64,000 bases of DNA from the NCBI GenBank assembly GCA_963758525.1, contig CAVWVQ010000003.1, positions 4,000,001 through 4,064,000 on the forward strand, in the 5' to 3' direction. The stretch is from an uncultured Phycisphaerales bacterium (GTDB lineage Bacteria; Planctomycetota; Phycisphaerae; Tepidisphaerales; Tepidisphaeraceae). Positions 31,319-42,017 of this stretch are shown here, one piece after another. Position 1 is the stretch's first letter; each line of letters begins with the position of its first letter. The notes below the pieces were generated by a model, which saw only the letters and a list, made by a program, of their open reading frames with translations, had not been told where the DNA came from and made no database searches. The position numbers were made by a program, and so were the translations under genes.

Positions 31319-33154
31319 GTGAAGAAACCCATGTCTGATGGCGTCTTTCCAACCTTCCAGAAGCTCAGCCAGACTCCGCTGCGCGACATTGCGCGCGGCA
31401 GGGTCACCGGCCGACTCGACTGGAAATCGCACCTTGCCACGGCGGGTTTGCCGCAAGCTGCTGCTGAATTGATTGGACGGGTGGTGAAGCACACCAGGCT
31501 TTTTCGCCTCGAAAAAGCGGCGGTTGCCGATGAAATGATCGCTCATTTCCTCGATGGACTGGCTGCGGGAACCAGCACTGAGCAACTGATCGAAAGCTTC
31601 GGCGATGAGCGTGTGGCCGCCCGGCTGATCCGTCGCTCCAAGCGGCGCGGACGAGCATGGCCGTGGCAAGCCTGGAGCGTCAGCATCCGCGCGATGGCGG
31701 TTGTGCTGGCGATCTACGCGGTGCTGCTGATCCGCTTCTGTCTCGGCCGGCCAAATCCCTCCGTCGATTATGTCGCCCGCTTGAATGACTCAATCGCTCA
31801 TACCGCGCAAAGCGATCGGGCCTGGCCGCTGTGGCGGCAGGCGATTTTGGAATGTTCCGACGGCGCAAAAGATGGCCGGCTGACGTTCTCGGAAGCGATC
31901 CTTCCCACCGGGAATGAGAAGCCGTCGTGGCCGCAGACGGTACGGTGGCTCGATGCGCACGCGTCGGCGATGGAGATCGCGCGCCAGGCGGGGCGAAAGC
32001 CGGCGATGGGTTTTATCCTCGGAGCTGGAGGATCCGCAAACGACCCTGACATGAAATTCAGTTTCGCGGATCAGACGCCCCATGAGCCGCTGTTCCGTGT
32101 GCTGCTGCCGCATTTGAGTTATCTCCGCAGCGCCGCGGAGATCGTATCGTCCGACGCCAGACTGGCGGCCCAGCGCGGCAGCGGCGCGCTGGTCGAGGCT
32201 GATCTCCTGTCGATGATCGGGTTGGGCAGGCAACTGCGAAACGCAGACGGATTTGTAGTCACACAAATGGTCGGCCTCGGTGTCGATACCCTCGCCTTGA
32301 CCCGGCTCCGAGTCGTTCTGCTTCACTATCCCAATCTGCTCAGTGATGAGCAGTTGATCGATTTTGCACATCGTCTTTCCGGTCCGCGAGTCGCGGCCGA
32401 TTTGATGACAGTCAAATATGATCGGTATGTTTTCGAGGACTTTGTTCAACGCTTGTACACCGACGATGGGCACGGGGATGGGCACATGACCCTCGCCGGG
32501 TTGCGCGCGCTGCCGATGATTCTGACGAAACACGGCGAAAATCCGATCGACATACCGGCTTACGCCGCCGCGTCAACGATCCCATTCCTCAGCGTATCCC
32601 GGGCGGAGATGATGGCGGAATACAATCGATTGATGGATCGGACCGAAGCGGACCTTCGCCAACCCATCCGGAACATCGACCTTCACGCCGTGCAGTCGAC
32701 GATTATTGCTTTAAAGATTTCTCCGATCGAACGCATCCGCTTCACAATTCTGCATGCGCTGGTGCCGGTGTTCACGGGCGCCCAGAAGGGTTGCGAGAAA
32801 TACCTCGGCCTGCGAGATGGCACCGTCGTCGGAATCTCGCTGGAACTCTACCGCCGCCGACATGGAAGATATCCTCAGTCCCTAAACGAGTTGACCCCGG
32901 ACCTGTTGCCGGCGATTCCCGCCGATCGCATCACAGGCCAGCCTGTGAAGTACCGGCTGATCGACGGCAAGCCGGTCGTCTACAGCGTCGGCGCGGATCT
33001 CGTCGATGACGGCGGCAAAGCGCCAGACTGCAGCCAATTGACAGGACATTTCACGAATTACTCGCCAGCCGCCTGGGGTCTGGATCCCAGGGAAGTGCCG
33101 CGCGGCGACTGGCTGCTCTTCCCGCCAGAGTCGACAGACGCGGATGCGGACTGA
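31319..33154 (+). CDS. Single-pass membrane protein with a PadR-associated (HAAS-like) N-terminus and a pseudopilin-C-like C-terminal motif
   Basis: EMIAHFLDGL...IESFGDERVAARLIR, one TM helix, and LELYRRRHGRYPQSLNEL...YSVGADLVDDGG. Confidence 0.65.
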   Translation: MKKPMSDGVFPTFQKLSQTPLRDIARGRVTGRLDWKSHLATAGLPQAAAELIGRVVKHTRLFRLEKAAVADEMIAHFLDGLAAGTSTEQLIESFGDERVAARLIRRSKRRGRAWPWQAWSVSIRAMAVVLAIYAVLLIRFCLGRPNPSVDYVARLNDSIAHTAQSDRAWPLWRQAILECSDGAKDGRLTFSEAILPTGNEKPSWPQTVRWLDAHASAMEIARQAGRKPAMGFILGAGGSANDPDMKFSFADQTPHEPLFRVLLPHLSYLRSAAEIVSSDARLAAQRGSGALVEADLLSMIGLGRQLRNADGFVVTQMVGLGVDTLALTRLRVVLLHYPNLLSDEQLIDFAHRLSGPRVAADLMTVKYDRYVFEDFVQRLYTDDGHGDGHMTLAGLRALPMILTKHGENPIDIPAYAAASTIPFLSVSRAEMMAEYNRLMDRTEADLRQPIRNIDLHAVQSTIIALKISPIERIRFTILHALVPVFTGAQKGCEKYLGLRDGTVVGISLELYRRRHGRYPQSLNELTPDLLPAIPADRITGQPVKYRLIDGKPVVYSVGADLVDDGGKAPDCSQLTGHFTNYSPAAWGLDPREVPRGDWLLFPPESTDADAD

Positions 33155-33291
33155 CGCATGCGGCCTCCGCAGCACGATCGGCTCTGTGTGCTACTCCCTC
33201 TGCCGGTACCGCCGTGAATAGTTCCCCGGTAAATTACGAACAAACAGAGCCGCGAAGACGCGAAGCAAAGCCGCGAAGGAGGACGCGCTTA

Positions 33292-33451
33292 CTCCCTCGC
33301 CCGGTACTCCGGGAGAGGGCAGGGGTGAGGGTGATTTCGAACGTATGAAGTCGTCGGATACTCGGAAGTGAGTTTCTCGCGCATGCGGGATTCATTCTCC
33401 GTTCGAAATCACCCTCACCCCAACCCTCTCCCGGAAGTACCGGGCGAGGGG
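33292..33451. repeat. Long palindromic element, family C
   Basis: CCCTCGCCCGGTACTCCGGGAGAGGG..GGGTGAGGGTGATTTCGAACG with a ~52-bp inverted copy. Relatives at 45614, 57292 and 61776. Confidence 0.9.
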
Positions 33452-33696
33452 GTTGGCGTGCGCAGACGGTTACGCACGAGCCGGCGGCAGCCCAGCGTTT
33501 TATTAGAGCGGTGAGGTGCGGCACTTGAAGAAGCTCAGGAGTCTCCGCGAGCACCTGATCCGGTTGCTCTTCGGGCAGGAGATGGCCGCAATCAAATTTC
33601 GTCGCCTGTTGCGGGGGGCTCACCGCGGTGGTGCCACCAAAACCGAGAGGGAGAGCGTTCGGGGGTCGGCTTCTGATCTGAAAACCATTTCCGCCT

Positions 33697-34176
33697 TCAC
33701 CGCGTGGGGACGACGGTGGCGTCCCTTCGGTGGAGCTCTCCGTTTGCGTCAAATGAATAGCCGCGATGGCTCAATTCGCCGATGACCATGTCAATCCATC
33801 GCGTCAGGTATTCGTGATTCGGCCCCGGCTGCTCGGCGTGTTGCGAGTAGTCGTAGTCACGCCGCTGATTCAGATCGCGCAGAAACACTTCGAGTTGATG
33901 CGAGGAAGCGTCGGAGAGCCGTAGCTGGCCGCTCTCAAACTGCTCCGTTCGCAATGGCTTCTCCGTCGTCGACGGCGCCGGGCGATCAGACGCTGTGACG
34001 GTGACCGTGACAGTGATGGGAGCTGTTGTTGGAACGTCAACGGCGGCCGAAGCGCTTGCTGGTTCGCTCGAACCGCAGGCAGGGCTTGATTGCGCCCACG
34101 ATGCTAATGCGCAGAAGCCGATTGAAAGCAGCCCGCCCGCAACACACTTCCGCCAAGCCGATCTGGAGATCGTCAT
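33697..34176 (-). CDS. Hypothetical secreted protein
   Basis: Signal-peptide-like N-terminus, S/T/P linker and helical C-terminus. Confidence 0.55.
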   Translation of the reverse strand: MTISRSAWRKCVAGGLLSIGFCALASWAQSSPACGSSEPASASAAVDVPTTAPITVTVTVTASDRPAPSTTEKPLRTEQFESGQLRLSDASSHQLEVFLRDLNQRRDYDYSQHAEQPGPNHEYLTRWIDMVIGELSHRGYSFDANGELHRRDATVVPTR

Positions 34177-34209
34177 GAGTGATCCTGTTAGACTGCGGTG
34201 TCGACCCCC

Positions 34210-34881
34210 TCAAGCGCCGTTGCCCTTTTGCGCGGCGGCGAGTTTCTGAGTGGCGGCATCAACGGCGCTTTTGGCGGCGGCGTACGCCGGGTCTTCCCCC
34301 AGCTTGGCGTGGAACTGGGTGACCAGCGCAGCCTTTGCTTTTTCCGCATCCATCAGTTTTGCGTGAGCCGTGCCAACTGCCGGATCGTCCGCCAGGGCTG
34401 CTGTTTGAAGTTGATGCATCGCCGAATTGGCCTCCATTGCCTCCTGGGATGCTGCCGCCACCTGGTCGTCCGGGGCGCTGTTGGATCTCAACTCAGCAAC
34501 GGCCGCCTGAGCTTTGTCGCTCTTGGCCTTGGCCTCAATATAGCTGGGATCCTTTTGCATCTTCTCCATTACCGGCGCGAGCGCGGCATCGTAGGCCGTC
34601 TGGGCGTCCTTCACTTCCTTATCGGCGGCAGCGTATTCGGGCGACGCCTCGAAATCGGCTTGAGCTTTCTTGGTGGCCGCCACGAGCGCCGCACGGGCGT
34701 CTGCGAGCTCCTTTTGTGCCGCGGTCACCGCGCCGGAGTTCACCGGCGGCGTCACGGGCTGTTGCTGCGCCGGTTCCGGCGGCGGCGTCGTTTTGTTCTT
34801 TTTCTTGCCCAACGCAGATGGGCTCATCCACGGCAACATCGCCAGACAAACCACCATTACAGTGATGCGTTCGATTTTCAT
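34210..34881 (-). CDS. Secreted Ala/Lys-rich coiled-coil protein
   Basis: Signal peptide [15 protein letters not shown]..., with repeated DPxY..AK helical units. Confidence 0.72.
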   Translation of the reverse strand: MKIERITVMVVCLAMLPWMSPSALGKKKNKTTPPPEPAQQQPVTPPVNSGAVTAAQKELADARAALVAATKKAQADFEASPEYAAADKEVKDAQTAYDAALAPVMEKMQKDPSYIEAKAKSDKAQAAVAELRSNSAPDDQVAAASQEAMEANSAMHQLQTAALADDPAVGTAHAKLMDAEKAKAALVTQFHAKLGEDPAYAAAKSAVDAATQKLAAAQKGNGA

Positions 34882-34959
34882 GATAAACCCTCGCGCTGTT
34901 TCCCCGCACACGGTAAAGGTACCGCCATTGCTCAGTGGATACCAGCAATATCTTTCCGC

Positions 34960-35423
34960 CCGTTGCACGATATCGGCAAGGTCGGCATTCCCGATTGCGT
35001 CCTGCTCAAACCGGGTCGGCTGAGCGACCGGGAGTTTGAGATCATGAAAACGCATGCCATGCTGGGAGCGCAAACTCTCGATGCGGCGCTGCGACAGTTT
35101 CCGGCGCGAAATTTCTGGAAATGGCGCGCGACATCGCAGCCACCCATCACGAGCGGTTTGACGGCACCGGCTATCCAAAGCGACTGGCCGGTTGTGCGAT
35201 TCCCCTGTGCGGCCGGATCGTGGCGCTGGCGGACGTATACGATGCGCTGACATCAAGGCGCGTTTACAAGGCCGCGTTCACCCACGACATTGCCAGCTCC
35301 ACGATCATGGCGGAGGTCGGTGCGCACTTCGATCCCGATATCGTGAACGCTTTTGCGGCCCGCGAACGAGAGTTCACCCTGATCCGGGCAGAGTTCGCCG
35401 AACGTCAGGCCGTCGCCGCCTGA
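34960..35423 (+). pseudogene. HD-GYP phosphodiesterase C-terminal fragment
   Basis: Begins abruptly at [18 protein letters not shown] and [14 protein letters not shown] are present, with a frameshift near 35105 and no room for the 5' part. Confidence 0.82.
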
Positions 35424-35517
35424 TTGCGGCATGCCGCCGACCGGTTTTCGAGGGTCGAGTGGCTCGTTTCAATAGAAAATGACAGTCATGAAGAGCCTTC
35501 TTGTCGTCGCTTTCGTG

Positions 35518-35895
35518 CTACCGAATCTGACTCTTGAGATCCTCAATTGACAAGCCGGCGAGTGCCTCGGTCAAGATGGCGATTGCGTCCCGGACTTTGT
35601 CACACTCCGCGAGGAGAAAGTCGGCCTGTTGCTCAACTGCGACTATCTGTTCAAGGCTGGCGAGCGTGGTGGCGATTCGTGGCGAGAACGCGGAGATCAG
35701 GCCGCGGAGCTTATGTGCTGCCTTTTGGAATCTCTCAGCGTCACCTTGCCCGGCCGCGTTGTGAAGGTTGGCGACATGCCCGTGGACGGTTTGCTGAAAG
35801 GAATCGATCAGCTTGTGCAAGAGCAGTGGGTCGCCGCCGCACGTCGCGAGAAGCGTGGCCGCGTCGAGTTGATCTGGGCGGAGCAACTGTCGCAT
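35518..35895 (-). CDS. HPt (histidine phosphotransfer) domain, standalone or remnant
   Basis: [15 protein letters not shown] and AAHKLRG. Confidence 0.75.
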   Translation of the reverse strand: MRQLLRPDQLDAATLLATCGGDPLLLHKLIDSFQQTVHGHVANLHNAAGQGDAERFQKAAHKLRGLISAFSPRIATTLASLEQIVAVEQQADFLLAECDKVRDAIAILTEALAGLSIEDLKSQIR

Positions 35896-35903
35896 GCGGC
35901 GTC

Positions 35904-36050
35904 CACACCAAACGCGTCCGCGAGGATTTCAGCAGCGGCGTCCGTAGCGGCGTGAACGGCACGCCGAACTTTTTCATCAATGGCAGGCGGCACGATGGTC
36001 CGTGGGACCTGGAATCATTGACCGTTGCCATCGCGGGCGAACTGGAATAG
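35904..36050 (+). pseudogene. DsbA-like oxidoreductase C-terminal fragment
   Basis: [29 protein letters not shown]. The N-terminal CxxC part is missing. Confidence 0.75.
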
Positions 36051-36309
36051 CGGCGTCCCGTGGCTCGAACACATGCAACGTTGCCGCAGCGCCACGAAGC
36101 CCAGCGCATCGCCTGGAAAGAGGCGGGCGCAGATCGCGCGGACAACCGGCTGATTGTGAAACGTTGAATTATCCGCGATCGCCCGCTCAAGAGCGCGCGA
36201 TCAGCGTGGAGTGTTTTCCGGAGAAACCAACATGCAAACCGTTGAAATCCCACGACGTGAGTGGCAGAGTTACTTCGATCATCTCAACAAGCTCATTCCA
36301 GGACTCATC

Positions 36310-37145
36310 ATGACTACAGCAGCGATCCGAACCACCCAATTGCCCGATGGCCAGGTCATGCCCGTATTGGGCATGGGTACGTGGCACATCGGTGAAGATC
36401 CACGGCGGCGGGACGAGGAGATTACCGCGCTGAAGCTCGGCCTTTGAACCTGATCGACACCGCTGAGATGTACAGCGACGGCGTAGCCGAGGAGATAGTC
36501 GCCCAGGCGATCGCCACCCGCCGCGATGACGTCTTTCTCGTCAGCAAGATACTGCCCGAGCATGCGACGCGCTCGGGCACGATCGCCGCGTGCGAGGCGA
36601 GCCTCCATCGGCTCGACACGGATCGTCTCGACCTCTATCTGCTCCACTGGCGCGGGGCGATCCCGCTGGAGGAAACGATCGAATCCTTCGAGTCTCTCGC
36701 CGACCGCGGAAAGGTTCGCTATTGGGGCGTCAGCAACTTTGACCTGACTGACATGGAGGATGTAGTCCGTCTGGATCACCGCGACGTCACCACCGATCAG
36801 GTTCTCTACAACCTGGCCCATCGCGGGATCGAATACGACCTGCTGCCATGGTGCCGGCGACGCCGCATCCCGGTCATGGCCTACTCGCCGATCGAGCAGG
36901 GCCGGCTGATCGATCACCCCGCGCTGAGGCGCATCGCCGAACGTCACCGCGTCACGCCCGCGCAGATCGCGCTGGCGTGGGTGCTGCGCTCGGATGGCGT
37001 CGTCGCTGTCGCCAAGGCGTCGTCGCCCGCGCACCTGCAGGAGAATCGAGCTGCGATTGACGTCAAGCTGAGCAACCACGACCTGCAGGAGCTGGACCAC
37101 GCCTTTCCGCCGCCAAAGGAAAAACAAACGCTCGATATGCACTGA
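36310..37145 (+). pseudogene. Aldo/keto reductase, frameshifted near 36444
   Basis: MPVLGMGTW, LIDTAEMY, LDLYLLHW and WGVSNF. The junction LGL/NLIDTAE seems to lack about 3 codons as well as being out of frame. Confidence 0.78.
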
Positions 37146-37620
37146 ATCGGGCTGCCGGTCGTCGTGCGCGTGGCTACGCTGTGAGCGGCGACGGCTTCGA
37201 CCTGGAATCCATCGGGCGGCGTTGTATCGGCAGCATGTCACGATGCAATTGAATCGCCCGCTGAATCAATAGCACCGTTTTCACCGGAACGAACGCCGCG
37301 CTCACGATCGCCTCGGCGATGACGAAGGGCTCCAGCTTCGCTACCGAACCGCCAACCGACGACCAGACCAGGCGCCGCCACGGCGCAGAGAGTTGGGGAG
37401 GGTCCATACCCGGACGGATATGGCCGAGCCGACCCGCGCGGAAACACCGGCCGCGGCATCTCTCGGATCCAACGCCGCCAGCCGCAGGGTATCCAAGTCA
37501 CTTGAACTGGAAGCCAAGGCAGCGGCCACCACGCACGCCATTGGCCGGCAACGAACTGCCTTGCCGACTGTTTTAGATGTTGGGGCAAAGCAAACGGAGC
37601 ACTTACAGGGAATCCGCACG

Positions 37621-38397
37621 ATGAAACGACTGATCTTGGCCGCATGCGTCTTTCTCAGCATTGGAACGGGTGTCGGTGCGATTGCGCAAACTCCGACGCA
37701 ACCGACGACCAAACCCAATCGGGCGGAGCCGACGTCCACGACGACGCCGGACAACACACGTTATCTGAACAGGCCCGCGATGCTGACCAATTGTGAAAAG
37801 CAGGTCGCGCCGTTTAAGGACAAGCCTTGCGACATCATTTTCATCGGGGATTCCATCACCGCGGGATGGCTGGGCAATGGGAAGCAAATCTGGGCGGAGA
37901 AATATGTGCCACGCAACGCGCTCGATTTTGGGATCGGAGGCGACAAAACACAAAACGTGCTGTGGCGGCTGGAAAATATGGACGTCAAGCACCTGCGGCC
38001 CAAGGTGGCGGTCGTGTTGATCGGCACGAACAACACGATGAACACGCCACAGGAGATCGGCGACGGGGTGAAGGCAGTGCTGGACGATACACAGTCCGAC
38101 TTTCCAGGAGTAAAGATCATCCTCATCAGCATCATGCCCAACAGAAGGGCCAACGAAAAAATGATGGCGGCAAACACGATCATCAAGCAGTTCGCCGACG
38201 AGAAGACGGTTTACTATCTCGACCTGGTTGCGCGGATGCCGCCCGTTGAAACCACTGGAGCGGACGGCAAGACCGACACCAACTGGAAAGGCCTGGGAAA
38301 GGATCATCTGCACCCCGATGCCGCCGGGTACAAGATCTGGGCTGACGCGATGGAGCCGCTGTTGAGCAAGTTGTTGGCCGGTGAGCAAGGAAAGTAA
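37621..38397 (+). CDS. Secreted GDSL/SGNH esterase (PAF-acetylhydrolase-like)
   Basis: FIGDSIT, GIGGDKTQNVLWRL, LIGTNN and DHLHP. Confidence 0.9.
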   Translation: MKRLILAACVFLSIGTGVGAIAQTPTQPTTKPNRAEPTSTTTPDNTRYLNRPAMLTNCEKQVAPFKDKPCDIIFIGDSITAGWLGNGKQIWAEKYVPRNALDFGIGGDKTQNVLWRLENMDVKHLRPKVAVVLIGTNNTMNTPQEIGDGVKAVLDDTQSDFPGVKIILISIMPNRRANEKMMAANTIIKQFADEKTVYYLDLVARMPPVETTGADGKTDTNWKGLGKDHLHPDAAGYKIWADAMEPLLSKLLAGEQGK

Positions 38398-38499
38398 TCG
38401 GACCGGCCGAACGACCGATGCCAACATGCTCTCTCTGGAGAATACGCCGCTGACACTCAAGGGCGTTTCCACCAATCGCCGTATCGCACGCCGCAATGC

Positions 38500-39945
38500 C
38501 TACTCTTGCACCTCAAGACATAGCACCGATGCGATCGCATCCGGTGCCTTTTCCGGCAACTTAATCGTTGCCCCGCCACCATCGGACGTCACGGTTAACG
38601 GCGTATGCTGAGCATCGGCCAGCATATACGCTTTGATGATCTTCCCTTTGACGGCGGGAAGCATGAACTTCTCACCGGGCCATTTGAAAATGTGAATGTA
38701 AATTTTGTCGGCCGTGCCCGGGCCGCTGGACGATTGCGTCGTGCAACGCCAGTCCTTGCCCGATGACATGGTCTGCTGGTGGCCGTAGCCATCCTTCCCC
38801 TTCACCTGCTGTCCGAATTCTTCGCCGAAGCAGGAGCGGCCGGCGCCATAAATCGCTTCGCCATTGGTCTTCAGCCACGCTCCAATGGTCCGTAACCGAT
38901 CCACCTCCGGCTCGGGAATGACGCCTTCGGCCGTCGGCCCCACGTTCAACAGATAATTCCCGCCTTTGCTGACGATATCCACCAGGTTGAACAGCAGGGT
39001 TTCCGGGGTCTTGAAATTCGTGTCGTAGCTTTTGTAGCCCCACGTGTCGTTCATGGTCATGCACGTTTCCCAGTCGCGGCCGGGGAAGCCGTTGGCGGGG
39101 ACGCGCTGCTCCGGCGTCTCGGTGTCTCCCTTGAAACCGCCGCCCAGGCGGTTGTTGATGATCAGCTCGGGGCGGAGATTCAGAACCGGGTAAAAGTAGG
39201 CGGCCCGCGCCGGCGTCATGTCCTTGGGCGTATCGAACCAGAGCACCGCCGGCGCCTTACCATAATTGGTCAACAGCTCGCGCACCTGCGGCACGGCGAT
39301 GTTCTTCATGTACTGGTCGTAATCCCCATCCTGCGCTTTGTCCCAATGTCCTCCGCCGTAGGCCGCGCCGCCAGGATGATGCCAGTCCTGCGCCTGCGAA
39401 TAATAGAAGCCGAGTCGAATGTCGTGCCTGTCGGCTGCTTCGGATAACTCCTTCAGCGGGTCGCGGTGGAACGGCGTGGCATCATAGATGTTGTAATGAT
39501 CGACGGCGGTGTGGAACATGCAGAAGCCGTCATGATGCTTGGCGGTGATGACCATGTATTTCATCCCCGCATCCTGGGCGATCCGCATCCACTCATCGGC
39601 ATTGAATTTCACAGGATTGAACTGCTCCGCGTACTTCGCATAGACGTCGACGGGAATTTTCCCGCGATTCATGATCCATTCGCCGATGCCCTTGATCTGC
39701 TTCCCGTCGTACGTTCCCGCCGGGACGGCATACAGCCCCCAGTGAATGAACATGCCGAACTTCGCCTGATGCCACCAGTGCATCCGCGCTTGCGCCTGCT
39801 CCGGCGTTTCATTCGCATGCGGCGGCTGGTCATTGCCGGTCGGCGCAGTCGTCGCGTCATCCCCGAATGAAAATTGGGTGCTGATCAGGCACAAGATTAA
39901 CGGAAGAATGATCAGACGGAGTGGGGCATGTGCGCGTCGGTTCAT
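38500..39945 (-). CDS. GH29 alpha-L-fucosidase
   Basis: AKFGMFIHWG, TAKHHDGF, LWFD, WETCMTMNDTWGY and GGNYLLNVGP. Confidence 0.93.
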   Translation of the reverse strand: MNRRAHAPLRLIILPLILCLISTQFSFGDDATTAPTGNDQPPHANETPEQAQARMHWWHQAKFGMFIHWGLYAVPAGTYDGKQIKGIGEWIMNRGKIPVDVYAKYAEQFNPVKFNADEWMRIAQDAGMKYMVITAKHHDGFCMFHTAVDHYNIYDATPFHRDPLKELSEAADRHDIRLGFYYSQAQDWHHPGGAAYGGGHWDKAQDGDYDQYMKNIAVPQVRELLTNYGKAPAVLWFDTPKDMTPARAAYFYPVLNLRPELIINNRLGGGFKGDTETPEQRVPANGFPGRDWETCMTMNDTWGYKSYDTNFKTPETLLFNLVDIVSKGGNYLLNVGPTAEGVIPEPEVDRLRTIGAWLKTNGEAIYGAGRSCFGEEFGQQVKGKDGYGHQQTMSSGKDWRCTTQSSSGPGTADKIYIHIFKWPGEKFMLPAVKGKIIKAYMLADAQHTPLTVTSDGGGATIKLPEKAPDAIASVLCLEVQE

Positions 39946-40273
39946 AACTGAAACGGTACCGCAGAAAAATTGCATGTTCAATCGCCGAGACGGGCCTGCA
40001 TCTTCCCCTGCCTCCCGACAGCCCGCTCTACACTCTTGCCGGACACAAGATCGAAGAGCTTTCGTATCGCAGCTTCGCCAAAAACGTCGCCGGCAATCTC
40101 CGGTCCGGCCGCGTCTTTGGCATTCCGATCAAGGGTCGAATCGCCGTCCAGCGTTTCGCTCGAGGCGAATCGTCCGCTAGAATCCCACAAGCATGATTCG
40201 CCCGGAGCGGTCGTTCCAACGTCGCCAGAACGCAAATGAGATTCGTGGCACATCGTCCAACCCAAGGAGCCCG

Positions 40274-41824
40274 ATGATGCTCGCAATCGCGAAAAGAATC
40301 GCTTTCGCCTGCCTGCTGCTGTCTCCGACGGCCGGAATTCATGCCGCCGAGCTAAAACTCGCCTCCATTTTCTCCGACCACATGGTTCTGCAGCGCGAGA
40401 TGAAGGTTAATGTTTGGGGATGGGCAGATCCCGGCCAGACCGTCGAGGTGCAGTGCGCTGGTCAAAAACGAGTCGCGACGGTTGAACCCAGCGGTAAATG
40501 GATCCTCCAATTGGATCCATTGCAAACCAGCGACCAGCCGCAGGAACTGATTGTCACCGCAGGCGCGGCCACGCTGAAGCGATCCGATGTGCTCGTCGGA
40601 GAAGTATGGCTCTGCAGCGGTCAGTCCAATATGGAATGGGCTCTGGCCCGTTCGACCGGCGGTCCGGACGCGGTGGAGCACTCAGACAATCCAATGCTCC
40701 GCCTGCGCACCATTCCGCACAACAGCCAGTTGTCGCCGCAGGATGACGTGTCGACGAAATGGGTGCAGTCCGGTCCGAATGTGACCGGGACTTTTTCCGC
40801 CATTGCCTGGTGGTTCGGCAGCAAGCTGCAAAAGGAGTTGAGGGTTCCGGTCGGCATCATCAACGATTCCTTCGGGGGCACGTCCATCGAAAGTTGGATA
40901 CCTCTGGAAACCCTCAAGCAAGGCCCCTGGCCGCAGGATCAACATACGGACATCACGCTGGCCAAAGCAAACTACGACCTGCGCAAGGCGAAGATGCAGC
41001 CGGTCATGGATAAGTATCTCCAGGACAAGGCCCTCGCGATCAAAGAGAAAAGGCAGCCGCCGGATTTTCCTTCGGGTTGGCCTGGGGATTTTCGCGGGCC
41101 AAGCGTGCTTTGGAATGGAATGGTGGCCCCGCTTCGGAAATTATCGATTCGGGGCGTCTTGTGGTACCAGGGCGAGTCGAACGCCTATCCGGGCGTCGCA
41201 AATACTTACAAACTATTGCTTCCAGCCCTGATTAAGGATTGGCGATCGGGCTTCGAGCAGCCGGAACTGCCGTTCATCATCTACCAGATTGCTCCCAATC
41301 GTAAGCCGCAGACCGATCCCAACGAAAACAGTGGGATCGCGGTGATACAGGAAGCGGAGTTGAAAACTTCGCTCGCCACGCCACGCACGGCCCTGGTCGT
41401 CACCATGGATCTGGGGGAAACAAACGTCCATTACCCCAACAAAGAGCCGGCGGCTGAACGCGGGATGAAAGCGGCGCTGGGAATCGCCTACGGACGCCAG
41501 GTTGAAGACTCCAGCCCCACATTCAATAGCCTGCAAATCCAAGGGAATGAGGCTGTGGTGCATTTCAATCATACGGACGGTGGACTCGCTACGAATGGCG
41601 GAGCGGTGAGCGGCTTCGCAATCGCCGGCGAAGATCGCAACTTTTTCTTCGCGGATGCGCGGATCGAAGGCGACACGGTGATCGTTTCAAGCCCGCGTGT
41701 ATTGCATCCCGTGGCGGTGCGCTACGGATGGGCCGATTTCCCGAAAGTGAACCTTTTCAGCAAGGCGGGCCTGCCGGCATCTCCCTTTCGGTCGGACGAT
41801 TGGCCGCCCTCCATGCGACCATAG
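40274..41824 (+). CDS. Sialate O-acetylesterase (SASA) family protein
   Basis: FSDHMVLQR, GEVWLCSGQSNME, WYQGESN, AVRYGW and PASPFRSD. Confidence 0.92.
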   Translation: MMLAIAKRIAFACLLLSPTAGIHAAELKLASIFSDHMVLQREMKVNVWGWADPGQTVEVQCAGQKRVATVEPSGKWILQLDPLQTSDQPQELIVTAGAATLKRSDVLVGEVWLCSGQSNMEWALARSTGGPDAVEHSDNPMLRLRTIPHNSQLSPQDDVSTKWVQSGPNVTGTFSAIAWWFGSKLQKELRVPVGIINDSFGGTSIESWIPLETLKQGPWPQDQHTDITLAKANYDLRKAKMQPVMDKYLQDKALAIKEKRQPPDFPSGWPGDFRGPSVLWNGMVAPLRKLSIRGVLWYQGESNAYPGVANTYKLLLPALIKDWRSGFEQPELPFIIYQIAPNRKPQTDPNENSGIAVIQEAELKTSLATPRTALVVTMDLGETNVHYPNKEPAAERGMKAALGIAYGRQVEDSSPTFNSLQIQGNEAVVHFNHTDGGLATNGGAVSGFAIAGEDRNFFFADARIEGDTVIVSSPRVLHPVAVRYGWADFPKVNLFSKAGLPASPFRSDDWPPSMRP

Positions 41825-42017
41825 GAAGACCGGTCCAGCGCGATCAGCTTGACATGCTCCTGCAATGGTACAACAGCACCAGTATCTTAAGCGGCATGTC
41901 CACTCCGGATGCCGCATCACTTGCGGTGTTCCAGGCCGACGCCCTTAATGGCGGGTATACTTATTCTCTTTGTGCGCGCCGACCAGTAAAGTCGTGTGAC
42001 GTTGATGGTATCAGAAC

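Noticed and set aside
41824..42017. Possible small gene fragment between the SASA and GH29 genes
   Set aside because: No start signal or recognisable motif, so it cannot be supported.
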